Program-made: the position numbers and the translations under genes | The notes under the pieces: model-generated | Database searches by the model: none | The model's input: the letters and a program-made list of their open reading frames with translations, nothing else | Told to the model about the DNA's origin: nothing | Assembly: GCF_008065095.1 (NCBI RefSeq) | Contig: NZ_CP042911.1 | Coordinates: forward strand, 7,620,001 to 7,652,000 | Source: Gemmata obscuriglobus | GTDB taxonomy: Bacteria > Planctomycetota > Planctomycetia > Gemmatales > Gemmataceae | Reading direction: 5' to 3' | DNA: 32,000 nt | Shown: one piece after another, positions 15,212-25,347 of the stretch | Position numbering within the stretch: position 1 is the first letter of the stretch | Layout: the number at the start of each line of letters is the position of its first letter

Positions 15212-17452
15212 TCACTCCGGAACGCGCGCCAGTTTGCGCTTCACCTCGTCCAGTCGCCCGTCCCGCCGGCCCCGCGACGACAGCCGCAGGTCCGCCTCGT
15301 ACAGCTCCCGTGCCCGGGTCCACTTCTCCCGCGCGCCCGCCTTGTCCCCAGAGCGAAACAGCACGTCGCCCAGGTGGTCCCATGCCACCGGGTCTGTCGC
15401 GCCCTCCGACAGCGCCAGTGCCCCCTCCAGCTCTGCCCGCGCCTCCGCGAGCTTCCCCCGGCGGAACAGTACCCATCCCAGGCTGTCCCGGTACGCCGCG
15501 CTCTCGGGCTCGGCGCTACCCGCCCGGCGCCGTTCGATCCGGTCCAGCATCAGCGCGCGCCGCACCAGCCGCTCCGCCTCGTCCAGGTTGCGGCCCTGGT
15601 CCGCCAGGTGATACCCCAGGTCGTTGCACGCGCTCGCGTCGTCCGCGTCGTCGTCCAGCAGCGCCCGCAGCACCGCCTCCGCCTCGCGCGGCTTCTTGGC
15701 CGCCCAATAAGCCCCGGACTGCGCGTACCGGATGCGCTGCCGGTCCGCCGGGGCGTCGAACTCGTCCAGCAGCGCCGCCCCGTACTTAATCGCCTCGTCC
15801 CACCGGCCCAGCGCGCCCAGCACCCGGTGCTTGCGGAGCCGCACCGTGAGCCGGTCCGTGTCGCCCGCTTGCAGGATGCACCGGTCCGCCACCTTGACCG
15901 CTTCCTCTTCCTTCCCCTGTTCGGCCAGCGCCAGTGCCAGGTGGAAGTTGAAGAACACTTCCAGCACCTGCGCGTCCATCGCGCCGCGGCACACGCGCTC
16001 CACCTTGTCCGGCCGGCGGCGGCGCCACAGCACGTCGATCAGCCCCGACAGCGCGTCGAGCTGGGCCTCCTTCGGGGCCTCGCGGGCGGCCTGACCGAAC
16101 TGGAGCTCTGCGAGGTCGAGATGGTTGTGCCGGGCCGCCAGCGTTCCGATGAAATGGTGCGTGCCGTACGCCCGCTTGGTGCCGGCCTTGAAGTCGTCCG
16201 CCGCCGCCGTGACCAGCGCCTTCACCCCTTCCGGCTGTTCCTTCAGAGCGTCCGCCACCGCCCGCGCCTTGTCGGCGGCGAACCGCTTCTCGGCGTCGGT
16301 CGGGGCCGGCCCCTTTTCCTTCTTCCGGTCCTTGTCCTCGAGCAGCACGAACGTGCGGTCCAGGTCCGCGATGATGTCGCGCGCCCGCCCGGTGTCGAGG
16401 TGCGACTTCACCTGCACCGCGACGACCTTGGGGTCGACCTCGGGGTTGAGCCGGGCGCTGTACGTCGTGAGGGACTGGAACAGCTCGTCCCCCTCGCGCC
16501 GGGTGGGGAAGTCGGCGGCCAGTTCCGCGGCCAGCACGGCCGCCAGCGCCCGGTTCTCCTTGTCCCGCGCGAGGTGCTGGCGCAGTGCTGGTATGATGTC
16601 GTCGGGCCGGTTCGCCGCGCGGAACAACTCCGCGGCCCGCTGGTACGGTCCGGGCACCTGCGGTTTGAGCTTGAGGAACTCTTCGAGGTGCTTGAGCGCC
16701 GGCTCGGGCCGGCCGGCCTTCTGGAGCGCCCCCGACAGGTTCCAGCCGAGCCGGGCGGCGCCGAACGCGTCGCCGGCGCGGCGCGGGTCGGCGTACAGCG
16801 CGGCGGCGGACTCGAACGCGCGGGCGGCGGGGTCGAATTTCCCCGCCTTCACGCACAGGTGCCCGAGCCGCTCGAAGCACTCGGCCGCTTCGGTGTCGGC
16901 GTCCCGCGGGGTGAAGGCGCCGCCGCGGACCACCTCGGCGCGCCCGTCAGCGACGAGCGCCAGCGCCGCCCGGAGGGCGCGCTCGGCGAGGTCGAATTGC
17001 TTCGCCCGCTCCCCCAGCGCGGCCATCTCTTTGTACACGCGGACGGCCCGATCCGGGCGCTCGGGCAGGGCCGAGCTGGCCAGCGCGAGTTTCGCGGCGG
17101 CGAGCGCGTCGGCCGGCTCGCCCGCGTCGAACAGCAGTCGCGCGAGCAGCGCCGCGGTGTCGGCATCGGCCGGGTCGCTGGCGACGACCGTGCGGGCGGC
17201 CCGAATGGCGTCGGGGTCGCGCCCGAGCTGCGCGTAGAGGCGGGCCAACTCGCGGAGCGGTGCGGTCGCTCCGGGGTCCTGCTTGGCCGCCGACTCGAGC
17301 TGCCGGGCGGCGGTGAGCAGCCGCTCGCGCCGCAAGTTCCACACGGCGGCCCCGTAGCGCGCGAGGGCGTCGCGGCGGCCCTCGGCCATCGCGCCCGGCG
17401 CCGGGTCGGCCGACGGGCACAGCACCGCACCGATCAGAAGGCCCGCGACCAT
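15212..17452 (-). CDS. tetratricopeptide (TPR) repeat protein with N-terminal signal/anchor (746 aa)
   Basis: Track ORF 15212..17764. ATG at 17452 is preferred (MVAGLLIGAVLCPSADP...) because GC3 is low upstream of it. Repeated A/L/Y-rich 34-aa-like helices throughout. Confidence 0.85.
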   Translation of the reverse strand: MVAGLLIGAVLCPSADPAPGAMAEGRRDALARYGAAVWNLRRERLLTAARQLESAAKQDPGATAPLRELARLYAQLGRDPDAIRAARTVVASDPADADTAALLARLLFDAGEPADALAAAKLALASSALPERPDRAVRVYKEMAALGERAKQFDLAERALRAALALVADGRAEVVRGGAFTPRDADTEAAECFERLGHLCVKAGKFDPAARAFESAAALYADPRRAGDAFGAARLGWNLSGALQKAGRPEPALKHLEEFLKLKPQVPGPYQRAAELFRAANRPDDIIPALRQHLARDKENRALAAVLAAELAADFPTRREGDELFQSLTTYSARLNPEVDPKVVAVQVKSHLDTGRARDIIADLDRTFVLLEDKDRKKEKGPAPTDAEKRFAADKARAVADALKEQPEGVKALVTAAADDFKAGTKRAYGTHHFIGTLAARHNHLDLAELQFGQAAREAPKEAQLDALSGLIDVLWRRRRPDKVERVCRGAMDAQVLEVFFNFHLALALAEQGKEEEAVKVADRCILQAGDTDRLTVRLRKHRVLGALGRWDEAIKYGAALLDEFDAPADRQRIRYAQSGAYWAAKKPREAEAVLRALLDDDADDASACNDLGYHLADQGRNLDEAERLVRRALMLDRIERRRAGSAEPESAAYRDSLGWVLFRRGKLAEARAELEGALALSEGATDPVAWDHLGDVLFRSGDKAGAREKWTRARELYEADLRLSSRGRRDGRLDEVKRKLARVPE

Positions 17453-17819
17453 CACGAATTCCTGCCGGGAACGAGGGGCGGTACAATCCCCCGGATCATA
17501 CCGACACCGACCGAGTGTGCCAACGTGAACCCAACTCGCCCCGTGCCCCCGAACGAGTGCGGCGTGCTGTGCGGCGGTGGCGGCGCGGGCGTAGCGGGCC
17601 GGCGCCTCCTCGCAGCTCGCGCGTTCGGACGCCAGCCAGCCGAGCAGTTCCGGGCGTCCACGCCCCCGGCGCCGAAGTGATGCGGCCACAACCGGTTTGC
17701 GCCACGTGCGGTGACCGGCGGGAGAGGTTACGGCGCTTCTGCGTTGCCCCTCGCACTTCGGCATGGTTTAATCAGCACTCGCTTTTTTGCCCGCCTTCCA
17801 TCCCGCCGGAGGCCCGCGC

Positions 17820-20800
17820 ATGCGGACCGCCCTCTCCTTAGCGCTCGTCGCACTCGGGGGACTCACCTGTCCCGCTCGCTCGGTCGCGCAGCCTAAGCCG
17901 CCGAACCTGCCGCCCCACCTGATGGCTCCGACCGACCCGCTCTCGCCGGCCGACGAGCGGAAGCAGTTCACCGTGCCGCCGGGGTTCGACGTCCAGCTCG
18001 TCGCGAGCGAGCCCGACATCCAGAAGCCCATGCAACTGGCCTTCGACGCCAAGGGCCGGATGTGGGTGACATCGTCCTACCATTACCCGTTCCCGCCCGC
18101 GAACGCGAAAGCCACCGACAAGCTGTTCATCCTGTCCGACTTCGACCCGGAAACCGGCAAGGCCCGCAAGGTGCAAACCTTCGCCAGTGACCTGAACATT
18201 CCGATCGGCATTCTGCCGCTGCCGGACTGCAACAGTTGCCTCGTGTCGAGCGTCGGCGAGATCCGCAAGTACACCGACACCGACGGCGACGGCAAAGCCG
18301 ACAAGTCCGAGGTGCTGTTCAGCGGGTTCGGGTTCCGCGACACGCACGGCATGTACAACTCGTACACCCTCATGCCGGACGGCTGGGTGTACGCGTGCCA
18401 CGGGTTCAACAACGACAGCAAGGTGAGGGGCAAGGACGGGCACGAGATCCAGATGCAGTCCGGAAACACGTTCCGGTTCCGCCCGGACGGCTCGCGGCTC
18501 GAAACCTGGACCCGCGGGCAGGTGAACCCGTTCGGGATGGCGGTCGACCCGTGGTTCAACCTCTACACCGCGGACTGCCACTCGAAGCCCATCACGCAAC
18601 TCGTCCCCGGGGCGTACTACGAGAGCTTCGGCAAGCCGCACGACGGGCTGGGCTTCACCCCGCACGTCACCGCGCACCCGCACAAGAGCACCGGCCTGTG
18701 CGGGCTCGTGTGGTACGACGCTGACCACTTCCCGAAGGAATACAAGGACGTGATGCTGCTCGGCGACGTGGTGAGCAACTGCATCAGCGCCGACAAGATC
18801 GTGTGGAAGGGCTCGACCCCGGTGGCGCAAGAGCGGCCCGACTTCCTGACGAGCACGGACCGGTGGTTCCGCCCCGTGGACATCAAGCTCGGGCCGGACG
18901 GCGCGCTGTACGTCGCGGACTTTTACAACAAGATCATCGGGCACTACGAGGTGGACCTGAAGGACCCCCGGCGCGACAAGGACCGCGGGCGCATCTGGCG
19001 CATCGTGTGGAAAGGTACCGACGGCAAAGCGCCGGCGCCGAAGTTCGCGTACACGGACCTCACGACGGAGAAGCCCGAAGCGATCGACAAGCTGCTCGGG
19101 CACCCGAACCTCGCGGTGCGGCTGGCGGCAACGAACCAGCTCATCGCCCGCGACGTGAACGCAAAGTCCGTCGCAGACGGCTCGGACGTGTATCAGGTTC
19201 ACCGGCTATGGGTGGACGCGGCGCGCGCGTGGCGGCACGGGCAGGCGGCAGAAAAGGCAGAACCCAGGCGCGACTCGTCGCTCCTGGCCTCGCACGCCCT
19301 GCGGGCGCGGCGGGCGCACGACGAGTGGGGCCGTGAGCACCCTAACGGCGAGCAATCACGGCGTCAGCAGCCCCGGTTGGAAAGGGCCGACGCGCACACA
19401 CTCCGGGCCGCCGCGGAGTGGATGGGTTGGGGGGCGAAGGCCGAGCACATCAAGCCGCTGGTCGAGGTGCTCGCGAAGTGCCCCGCGGACGACACGCTCC
19501 TGCGCCAGGCGGCGCGGATCGCACTCCGGAACTGTCTGCGCGACAACCCGAAGGCGTGGCCGGACGGGTACGACGCGACCTACGCCGACGTCGCCCTCGC
19601 GATCCCTCAGTTCGAGGCCGCGAAGTACCTGACCGTGCAACTGTGTGAGAAAAAGCTCCCGGCGGAGCGGTTACCGGCCGCGGCCGAGCACATCACCCGG
19701 CACGGCGGGGAGGCGTTCGAAACGGTACTCTTCGCGGCGCTCGCAGAACAAGCGAACGCGGACGCGATACTGGCCGGGTTCCGCGGGGTGCAGGCTCGCG
19801 GCGCCAAGCTCAACGCTGCGGCCACCATCGATCTGTTCCGGAACGCACAGAAAGCACTCGCGGACACCAAGAGCGTTGCGTGGGGGCTGCGGGTGCTAAA
19901 CGCACTGCCCGCCGTCGGCACCGGTACGCTCAAGCTCACGCCGGACGCCGTCGCCGCCCTCACAACCATGCTCTCCACGAAAGCGCCTGACGAGGTGCGC
20001 GTCGGAGCGGCCGAGACGCTGCTGAAATACGTTCCGGCGGACGCGGTCGAAGCGATCCGCAAACAACTGGCCGACGGCACCACGCCAGAACCGGTCCGGG
20101 TCGGGTGCCTGCTCGCGCTGGCGGCGTCGAACTCGAAGGACGCGCAGTCTGTGGCCCGTGACGCACTCAAGGACGTGCCGTACCGCGTCGCGGTGCAGAT
20201 CGGCCTGAGCCTCGCCGGGACGAAGGAGGGCACGGGCGTGCTCTTCGCGACCGTCAAGGACGGCAAGGCCCCGCAGCGGCTCCTTCAGGAGAAGGCGATT
20301 CTGGAGCGGCTCAAGTCGTCGAATCTGCCCGGGTGGGACAAACAGGTCGCCGACCTCACCAAGAACATCCCGCCCGCGGACCAGCGGATCGCGGCCGTGT
20401 TGAAGGACCGTGCGACCGGATTCGCGCGATCAAAGGGGGACCCGAAGGACGGCGCGAAGCTGTTCACCAAGCACTGTGCCGCGTGCCACAAGATCGGCGA
20501 CGCCGGAGGGAAGATCGCGCCGCAACTGGACGGCATCGGCGTCCGCGGGGCCGAGCGCCTGCTCGAAGACGTGCTCGACCCGAACCGCAACGTGGACCAG
20601 GCGTTCCGGGCGCGGTCAATCACCACGACCGACGACCGCACCATCACGGCCCTGGTGCTCCGCGCGGACGGCGAGGTGCTGGTCGTCGCGGACCCGGAGG
20701 GCAAGGAAAAGCGCATCCCGCTGAAAGACATCGCGGAGAACCGCGAGACGCAGCTCTCCGCGATGCCGGCCAACTTCGCCGACGTGATCCCGGAGAGCGA

Positions 20801-20867
20801 GTTCTATAACCTGCTCGCGTACTTGTTGGAACAGAAGGCGAAGGAGCCGCCAAAGAAGGAGAAGTAA
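17820..20867 (+). CDS. PVC-type heme-binding CxxCH protein (membrane-bound-dehydrogenase-like beta-propeller + HEAT repeats + C-terminal cytochrome c)
   Basis: Track ORF 17787..20867, using the ATG at 17820 (MRTALSLALVALGG signal peptide). FTVPPGFDVQLVASEPDIQKPMQLAFDAKGRMWV and C-terminal FTKHCAACHKIGDAGGKIAPQLDG match the planctomycete family. Confidence 0.85.
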   Translation: MRTALSLALVALGGLTCPARSVAQPKPPNLPPHLMAPTDPLSPADERKQFTVPPGFDVQLVASEPDIQKPMQLAFDAKGRMWVTSSYHYPFPPANAKATDKLFILSDFDPETGKARKVQTFASDLNIPIGILPLPDCNSCLVSSVGEIRKYTDTDGDGKADKSEVLFSGFGFRDTHGMYNSYTLMPDGWVYACHGFNNDSKVRGKDGHEIQMQSGNTFRFRPDGSRLETWTRGQVNPFGMAVDPWFNLYTADCHSKPITQLVPGAYYESFGKPHDGLGFTPHVTAHPHKSTGLCGLVWYDADHFPKEYKDVMLLGDVVSNCISADKIVWKGSTPVAQERPDFLTSTDRWFRPVDIKLGPDGALYVADFYNKIIGHYEVDLKDPRRDKDRGRIWRIVWKGTDGKAPAPKFAYTDLTTEKPEAIDKLLGHPNLAVRLAATNQLIARDVNAKSVADGSDVYQVHRLWVDAARAWRHGQAAEKAEPRRDSSLLASHALRARRAHDEWGREHPNGEQSRRQQPRLERADAHTLRAAAEWMGWGAKAEHIKPLVEVLAKCPADDTLLRQAARIALRNCLRDNPKAWPDGYDATYADVALAIPQFEAAKYLTVQLCEKKLPAERLPAAAEHITRHGGEAFETVLFAALAEQANADAILAGFRGVQARGAKLNAAATIDLFRNAQKALADTKSVAWGLRVLNALPAVGTGTLKLTPDAVAALTTMLSTKAPDEVRVGAAETLLKYVPADAVEAIRKQLADGTTPEPVRVGCLLALAASNSKDAQSVARDALKDVPYRVAVQIGLSLAGTKEGTGVLFATVKDGKAPQRLLQEKAILERLKSSNLPGWDKQVADLTKNIPPADQRIAAVLKDRATGFARSKGDPKDGAKLFTKHCAACHKIGDAGGKIAPQLDGIGVRGAERLLEDVLDPNRNVDQAFRARSITTTDDRTITALVLRADGEVLVVADPEGKEKRIPLKDIAENRETQLSAMPANFADVIPESEFYNLLAYLLEQKAKEPPKKEK

Positions 20868-20897
20868 GCAGGCAGATCGAGGGCTGGCCACAAAAAG

Positions 20898-21045
20898 CAG
20901 CAGAGGATTGGCCGCAAAAAAGCACAAAGGGCACAAAAGGGAACCAGAGACCAAAGCAGATGAGTGAGTTCAACACACTTCTGCTGTTTTCGTCTTCGGC
21001 TTCCTTTTGTGCCCTTTGTGCTTTTTTGCGGCCAATCCTCTGCTG
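20898..21045. repeat. 43-bp perfect inverted repeat (20898-20940 / 21003-21045) with 62-nt spacer between convergent genes
   Basis: cagcagaggattggccgcaaaaaagcacaaagggcacaaaagg is exactly reverse-complementary to 21003-21045. AT-rich relative to the genome. It produces the mirrored peptide FCALCAFLRPILCC in ORFs on both strands. Confidence 0.9.
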
Positions 21046-21063
21046 TCATATTTCTTGCGGTTA

Positions 21064-21777
21064 CTATCTATCTTCGCCCAGACCTTCGAACAGTGTGGTG
21101 CCGACGCGAACTAGTGTCGCGCCCTCCTCCACGCCGATCTCGAAATCGTTGCTCATCCCCATCGACAGCTCGTTCAGCGCCAGCCCGGTGCGGGCGCGGA
21201 GCTGGTCGCGCAGCTCCCGCAGCCGTGCGAACGTCGGCCGCGCCGATGCGGGGTCGTCCGAGTAGGCGGCCATGGTCATTAGCCCGCGCACGTCCACGCC
21301 GCCGAGGCCCGCGAGCGTGTCGCCGAGCGCGGGCACCTCGGCCGGGGAGAAGCCCCCTTTGCTCTCTTCGCCGCTGCAATTCACTTCGAGCAGCACCGCG
21401 ACCGGCGCCCCGCGCTTCTGGCCGAACGCGTTCAGTGCATCCAGCACGCGCGCGCTGTCGACCGAGTGAACCAACGACACCAGCGGAACCGTGCGGTCGA
21501 TCTTGTTCCGCTGCAGGTGCCCGATCAGGTGCCAGTCCGCGCCGGCGACCGCCTCCGCTTTGCGCCACAGCTCTTGCGGGCGGCTCTCGCCGAGGGCGCG
21601 TACCCCTAACGGCGGCACCAGCGCGGCCACCGCCGGTGACACCGTCTTGGTGACCGCTACAAGTGTAACGCCGTCGGGCGTGCGCCCGGCGCGCCGGCAC
21701 GCCTCGGCGATGCGCCCCTTGACCGCCGCGAACCGCTCGGACAGTACCGTTTGCAGGTCGGATGTGTTCATGTTCAA
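21064..21777 (-). CDS. yggS: YggS-family pyridoxal-phosphate homeostasis protein
   Basis: Track ORF 21064..21777. VTLVAVTKT...HLIGHLQRNK...GLMTMA...ELSMGMSNDFEIGVEEGATLVRVGTTLF are the family hallmarks. Confidence 0.9.
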   Translation of the reverse strand: MNMNTSDLQTVLSERFAAVKGRIAEACRRAGRTPDGVTLVAVTKTVSPAVAALVPPLGVRALGESRPQELWRKAEAVAGADWHLIGHLQRNKIDRTVPLVSLVHSVDSARVLDALNAFGQKRGAPVAVLLEVNCSGEESKGGFSPAEVPALGDTLAGLGGVDVRGLMTMAAYSDDPASARPTFARLRELRDQLRARTGLALNELSMGMSNDFEIGVEEGATLVRVGTTLFEGLGEDR

Positions 21778-22118
21778 CCCGGGGGCCAGGTCATGTCGCG
21801 CCCGCCGAGCAGGTGCATGTGCAGGTGCGGCACCGTTTGCCCGCCGTGTTCGTCGCAGTTGATCACGAGCCGATACCCCTGCACCAGCCCGAGTTCATTC
21901 GCCAGTTTGGCCGCGACCAAATGCAGGTGCCCGATGAGGGCCTGGTCTTCGGGCGCGATGTCCGCGTGCGTGCGGATCACCTTCTTGGGGATGATCAGAA
22001 CGTGAACCGGCGCCTGTGGCATGATGTCGTGAAACGCGAGGCACAAATCGTCCTCGTGGGCGATTTTCGCGGGGATGCGTTTGTCGATGATCTTGAGGAA
22101 GAGGTTGTCGGCGAGCAT
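21774..22118 (-). CDS. HIT (histidine triad) family protein
   Basis: Internal ATG of track ORF 21774..22178 (MLADNLFLKIIDKRIPAKIAHEDD...). HLHMHLLGG histidine triad. ATGA overlap with the yggS start. Confidence 0.9.
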   Translation of the reverse strand: MLADNLFLKIIDKRIPAKIAHEDDLCLAFHDIMPQAPVHVLIIPKKVIRTHADIAPEDQALIGHLHLVAAKLANELGLVQGYRLVINCDEHGGQTVPHLHMHLLGGRDMTWPPG

Positions 22119-22324
22119 TCGAGGTCCCCTGCGGGTGCGGATGCGGTTACCATACGCGCGAAGAACCCCTCCCCCCAACCCCCTCTCCTAAAAAGAGGGA
22201 GGGGACCGAGCCCACAGCCCTTGATGAGGGAATCGGGACGCGAGGGCACCTCTGCCACTGGTTGCGGAACAGATCGATGGTTTTGGAGCCCCTCACCGTT
22301 CGGAGGGGTGGAAAGGTTCTTCTG

Positions 22325-23266
22325 ATGCCCTGGGTGGTCGGAATCGATGAGGCCGGATACGGGCCGAACCTCGGTCCGCTGGTGCAGGCCGCCATCGCGC
22401 TGCGCCTGCCCGAGAGCGACCCGGCCGGCTGGGACACCCTCAAGTCGGTGGTGCGGCGGGCGCACGAAAAGCCCGACGGGCGGGTTCTGATCGACGATTC
22501 CAAGAAGGTGTACACCCGCGGCGGGCTCGAAGCGCTCGAGCGCGGTGTGTGGGCCATTTCGGGCGCCGAACCGGCCCGCGTTCACGACTACCTCTGGCAC
22601 GGGGACGAATTGCCGCTCTGGGGCGAGCACCTGCGCGCGGAGTTCTGGTTCGACGGCGACGACCTCCTGCCGTTCCACATCGACGCGGAAACCGAATGGG
22701 CCGCGTCCGAACCGCTGCGCGCGGCGCTGAACGAAAGCTGGACTGGGGACTACCGCATCGTACCGACGCCCCGGTTCAATCAGATCGTGGACGGGTCCGG
22801 CTCGAAGGCCACGGTGCTGAGTTGCGGGCTGATCGACCTGATCGAGTCGGTGACGGCCGCCCTCCCGGACGACGGCGAACCGCTCCTCATCCTGTGCGAC
22901 AAGCAGGGCGGGCGGAACTTCTATTCGGCCATCGTGCAGGCGTCACTCCCGACCGGATGGGTCGTCACGGAGCGCGAGGGCGCAGCGGAGAGCCGCTACC
23001 GGGTCGAGAACTTGTCACGCCCCGTAACGGTCGTCTTCCGCCCGCGTGCCGACGGCGACAGCGTGGCGGTCGCGCTCGCATCAATGCTGTGTAAGTACCT
23101 GCGGGAGATGTGTATGCGGCAGTTCAACCGCTTCTGGGCGGCGCGCGTGCCGGGCCTCGCCCCGACCGCCGGCTACCCCGTGGACGCCAAGCGGTTCTAC
23201 GCCGCGATTCAGCCCACGATGGCCCGCCTCGGCCTCACCGCCGATCAGGTGTGGCGGAAGAAGTAA
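22325..23266 (+). CDS. RNase HII (type 2 RNase H)-like protein, atypically long (313 aa)
   Basis: Internal ATG of track ORF 22262..23266. MPWVVGIDEAGYGPNLGPLV matches the GIDEAGRGP catalytic motif. ALASMLCKYLRE resembles the C-terminal AASILAKVxRD motif. Confidence 0.65.
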   Translation: MPWVVGIDEAGYGPNLGPLVQAAIALRLPESDPAGWDTLKSVVRRAHEKPDGRVLIDDSKKVYTRGGLEALERGVWAISGAEPARVHDYLWHGDELPLWGEHLRAEFWFDGDDLLPFHIDAETEWAASEPLRAALNESWTGDYRIVPTPRFNQIVDGSGSKATVLSCGLIDLIESVTAALPDDGEPLLILCDKQGGRNFYSAIVQASLPTGWVVTEREGAAESRYRVENLSRPVTVVFRPRADGDSVAVALASMLCKYLREMCMRQFNRFWAARVPGLAPTAGYPVDAKRFYAAIQPTMARLGLTADQVWRKK

Positions 23267-23272
23267 TTCGGC

Positions 23273-23332
23273 ACGCGGAATTGAACGCGTATGACCGCCC
23301 CATTCTGGGGCTTGCGACTTTCAATTCCGCGT
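23273..23332. terminator. candidate bidirectional terminator hairpin between convergent genes
   Basis: 13-bp perfect inverted repeat acgcggaattgaa (23273-23285) / ttcaattccgcgt (23320-23332) with a 34-nt spacer. Confidence 0.35.
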
Positions 23333-23338
23333 TCCGCA

Positions 23339-24256
23339 CTACTCCAGGTCCCACACCACCACGTCGCCGGTGGCAGAACCGGCCGCAGCGAGACTGCCGT
23401 CCGGGCTGACCGCGATCGCACTCAGTCGGTCGAGTTGCCAGGTGTACCGATTGGTGCGGTCAAGGGTGTCGGCATCGAACTCGTTAACCGTTTCGTCGTT
23501 GCTCGTGACGAACAGGCGCCGCCCGTTCGGGTGGTACGCGAGGGCGGTGAAGTGCTTGCGGTTGTCGTTGCGCGTCAGCCGCGGGGCACCGCCGGCGGGC
23601 AGTGACCAGGAGAGCAGCGTCATTCCGTGAATGCCGACCACCGCCGCACCGGTCGGGCGGAACCACAGCTTCCCCGCGTAGCTGTACGGGTACGTGCCGT
23701 CGCTCAGGCCCGCCGACGAGGACAGGTCGCGCACCTCCAGGCGCATCGGCTGGTCCCACCAGCGCCCCGGGGCCGCCGGACGGGTCAGCATCGCGAACCG
23801 GTCTCCCGACGGCGAGATGGTCACGCTCTCGACGGACAACTCGCGCGTGGACAGCACCCACTGGCGAACCCAGTCGCCGTCTTTGAACTGCCACCCGGCG
23901 AGAAAGTGGTCCGGCATCCCGTGGCTCGAAACGATCCGGTCGCCGGCGGGGCCGACCTTCCAGACCGTGGCCGTGGTCAGGAACGATGGGTACTCGTTGG
24001 TCGCGTCGCGCTCGTCACGGTCGTAGACTCGGTACCCGGTAGCGAGTTGCCACTCCAACCGGCGCCCGGTGGCGGAGAACCGTAGGCCCCCGGCCCGGTA
24101 CTTCCCCCCCAGGTCCAGACGCACCGGGGCAATGTTGGGTGAGTCGAGGTTCCAGAGGAACACGTGCGCCCCGTCCACGGCGGCGGCGACGGCGCGACTG
24201 TCCGGGCTGAACGCCAGGTCGAGCACCTCCGCAGAAGCCGTTTTCAGGACGAGCAT
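23339..24256 (-). CDS. WD40/beta-propeller repeat protein
   Basis: Track ORF 23339..24256. Repeated ...SPDG/SPSG...hydrophobic...W(D/N)L motifs. Ends GSATGDVVVWDLE. Confidence 0.75.
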   Translation of the reverse strand: MLVLKTASAEVLDLAFSPDSRAVAAAVDGAHVFLWNLDSPNIAPVRLDLGGKYRAGGLRFSATGRRLEWQLATGYRVYDRDERDATNEYPSFLTTATVWKVGPAGDRIVSSHGMPDHFLAGWQFKDGDWVRQWVLSTRELSVESVTISPSGDRFAMLTRPAAPGRWWDQPMRLEVRDLSSSAGLSDGTYPYSYAGKLWFRPTGAAVVGIHGMTLLSWSLPAGGAPRLTRNDNRKHFTALAYHPNGRRLFVTSNDETVNEFDADTLDRTNRYTWQLDRLSAIAVSPDGSLAAAGSATGDVVVWDLE

Positions 24257-24324
24257 ACCCTTCCCCCACCGGGAACCTTAACTCGCGCCGCGCCCCCGCG
24301 CCAGAGGGGCGGCGCGAATCGGGG

Positions 24325-25179
24325 TCAGTCGTCCACGTCCCAAACGAGCGCGCCGGCACGACCGGCCGCCGCGGCGCACTGCCCGTTCTGATCAAACGCC
24401 ACAGCGTACACCGGGCCGAGGTCCCACTGAAACGTGCGCAGCGGCGGACCGGAGCCGGCCGCGTCCCACACGGCCACCGTGCCATCGATCCCGCCGGTCA
24501 CCACGCGCCGGCCGTGCGGTGCGAACGCCACCGACAGCCACCCGCCGTGCGTGCGCGCGTACCGATCGACCACGGCGGCGCGAGTTGGGAGGTGCCACAC
24601 CGAGAGGTTGCCGAGCGCGAGAACGGCCGCGAGGTCGCCGTCGGCCGAGCACGCGATTCGGTGCGGGCACCCAGAGACCGGAATCTGGTGCCCCGTGCCG
24701 CCCGATTCCGGTAGCACCGTAATGCCCTCCTCGCTCGCCACCAGAAGCCGCGAATCGCCCGTAAATGCTGCGTCACTCGCTGTGAAAATGTTGTGCCGCC
24801 GCCGCACGACCGGAACCGCGCCGCGCAGGCCCCAAGTGGTCACCACCGCCCCGACCGTTGCCAGACTACTGCCGTCGGGCGAACAGACCGCACGGCTCGA
24901 TCGCGGGAGGTCGCCTTGGAGGGACAGGGGGGCGCCCGCGCTCGCGAACTCGAAAACGAATGCTCGTTCGGTGGTCGCCAGCACGAGCCGACCGGCCGGG
25001 GTGAACTGCACCCGGATCACCGTCGCCGAAAACGGACCGACCCGCCGCGATGGGAGCGACGGCGCGTGCAGGTCCCAGAAGTCAACCGCAGAGCCGAGGC
25101 CACCCGCCGCCAGCCAGCGACCGTCCGGCGAAAACGCGACCGTGTAGTGAGGCTGACCGGACGGCGGGAGCTGGAGCAT
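24325..25179 (-). CDS. WD40/beta-propeller repeat protein
   Basis: Track ORF 24325..25179. VAFSPDGRWLAAGGLGSAVDFWDL, GGIDGTVAVWDA. Tandem with the previous gene. Confidence 0.75.
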   Translation of the reverse strand: MLQLPPSGQPHYTVAFSPDGRWLAAGGLGSAVDFWDLHAPSLPSRRVGPFSATVIRVQFTPAGRLVLATTERAFVFEFASAGAPLSLQGDLPRSSRAVCSPDGSSLATVGAVVTTWGLRGAVPVVRRRHNIFTASDAAFTGDSRLLVASEEGITVLPESGGTGHQIPVSGCPHRIACSADGDLAAVLALGNLSVWHLPTRAAVVDRYARTHGGWLSVAFAPHGRRVVTGGIDGTVAVWDAAGSGPPLRTFQWDLGPVYAVAFDQNGQCAAAAGRAGALVWDVDD

Positions 25180-25347
25180 CGCAGCACGCGGGGCGCGAAA
25201 GAGCGAGGTTGTTCAGGGTAACGGGGCCGCACGGTCGCTGGCGCGTTTTCTCCGCGCCGCGCGGGCGCCTCGGAACGCGACCGCGAACGGAAACACCACA
25301 CGAAGCCGAAGCCGTGCGATCAGAACGATCGCACCACGCCGGGCCGC

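Noticed and set aside
15212-17764. N-terminal 104-codon extension of the TPR ORF (start at 17764)
   Set aside because: GC3 is low in the 40 codons before 17452, and a signal-peptide-like start (MVAGLLIGAVLC) begins at 17452.
22165-22205. C-rich/G-rich segment cccctccccccaaccccctctcctaaaaagagggagggg as a hairpin or regulatory element between the HIT and RNase HII-like genes
   Set aside because: The best pairing is only 5 bp (ccctc/gaggg) with mismatches beyond. That is not convincing as structure, although it may be a dispersed low-complexity repeat.
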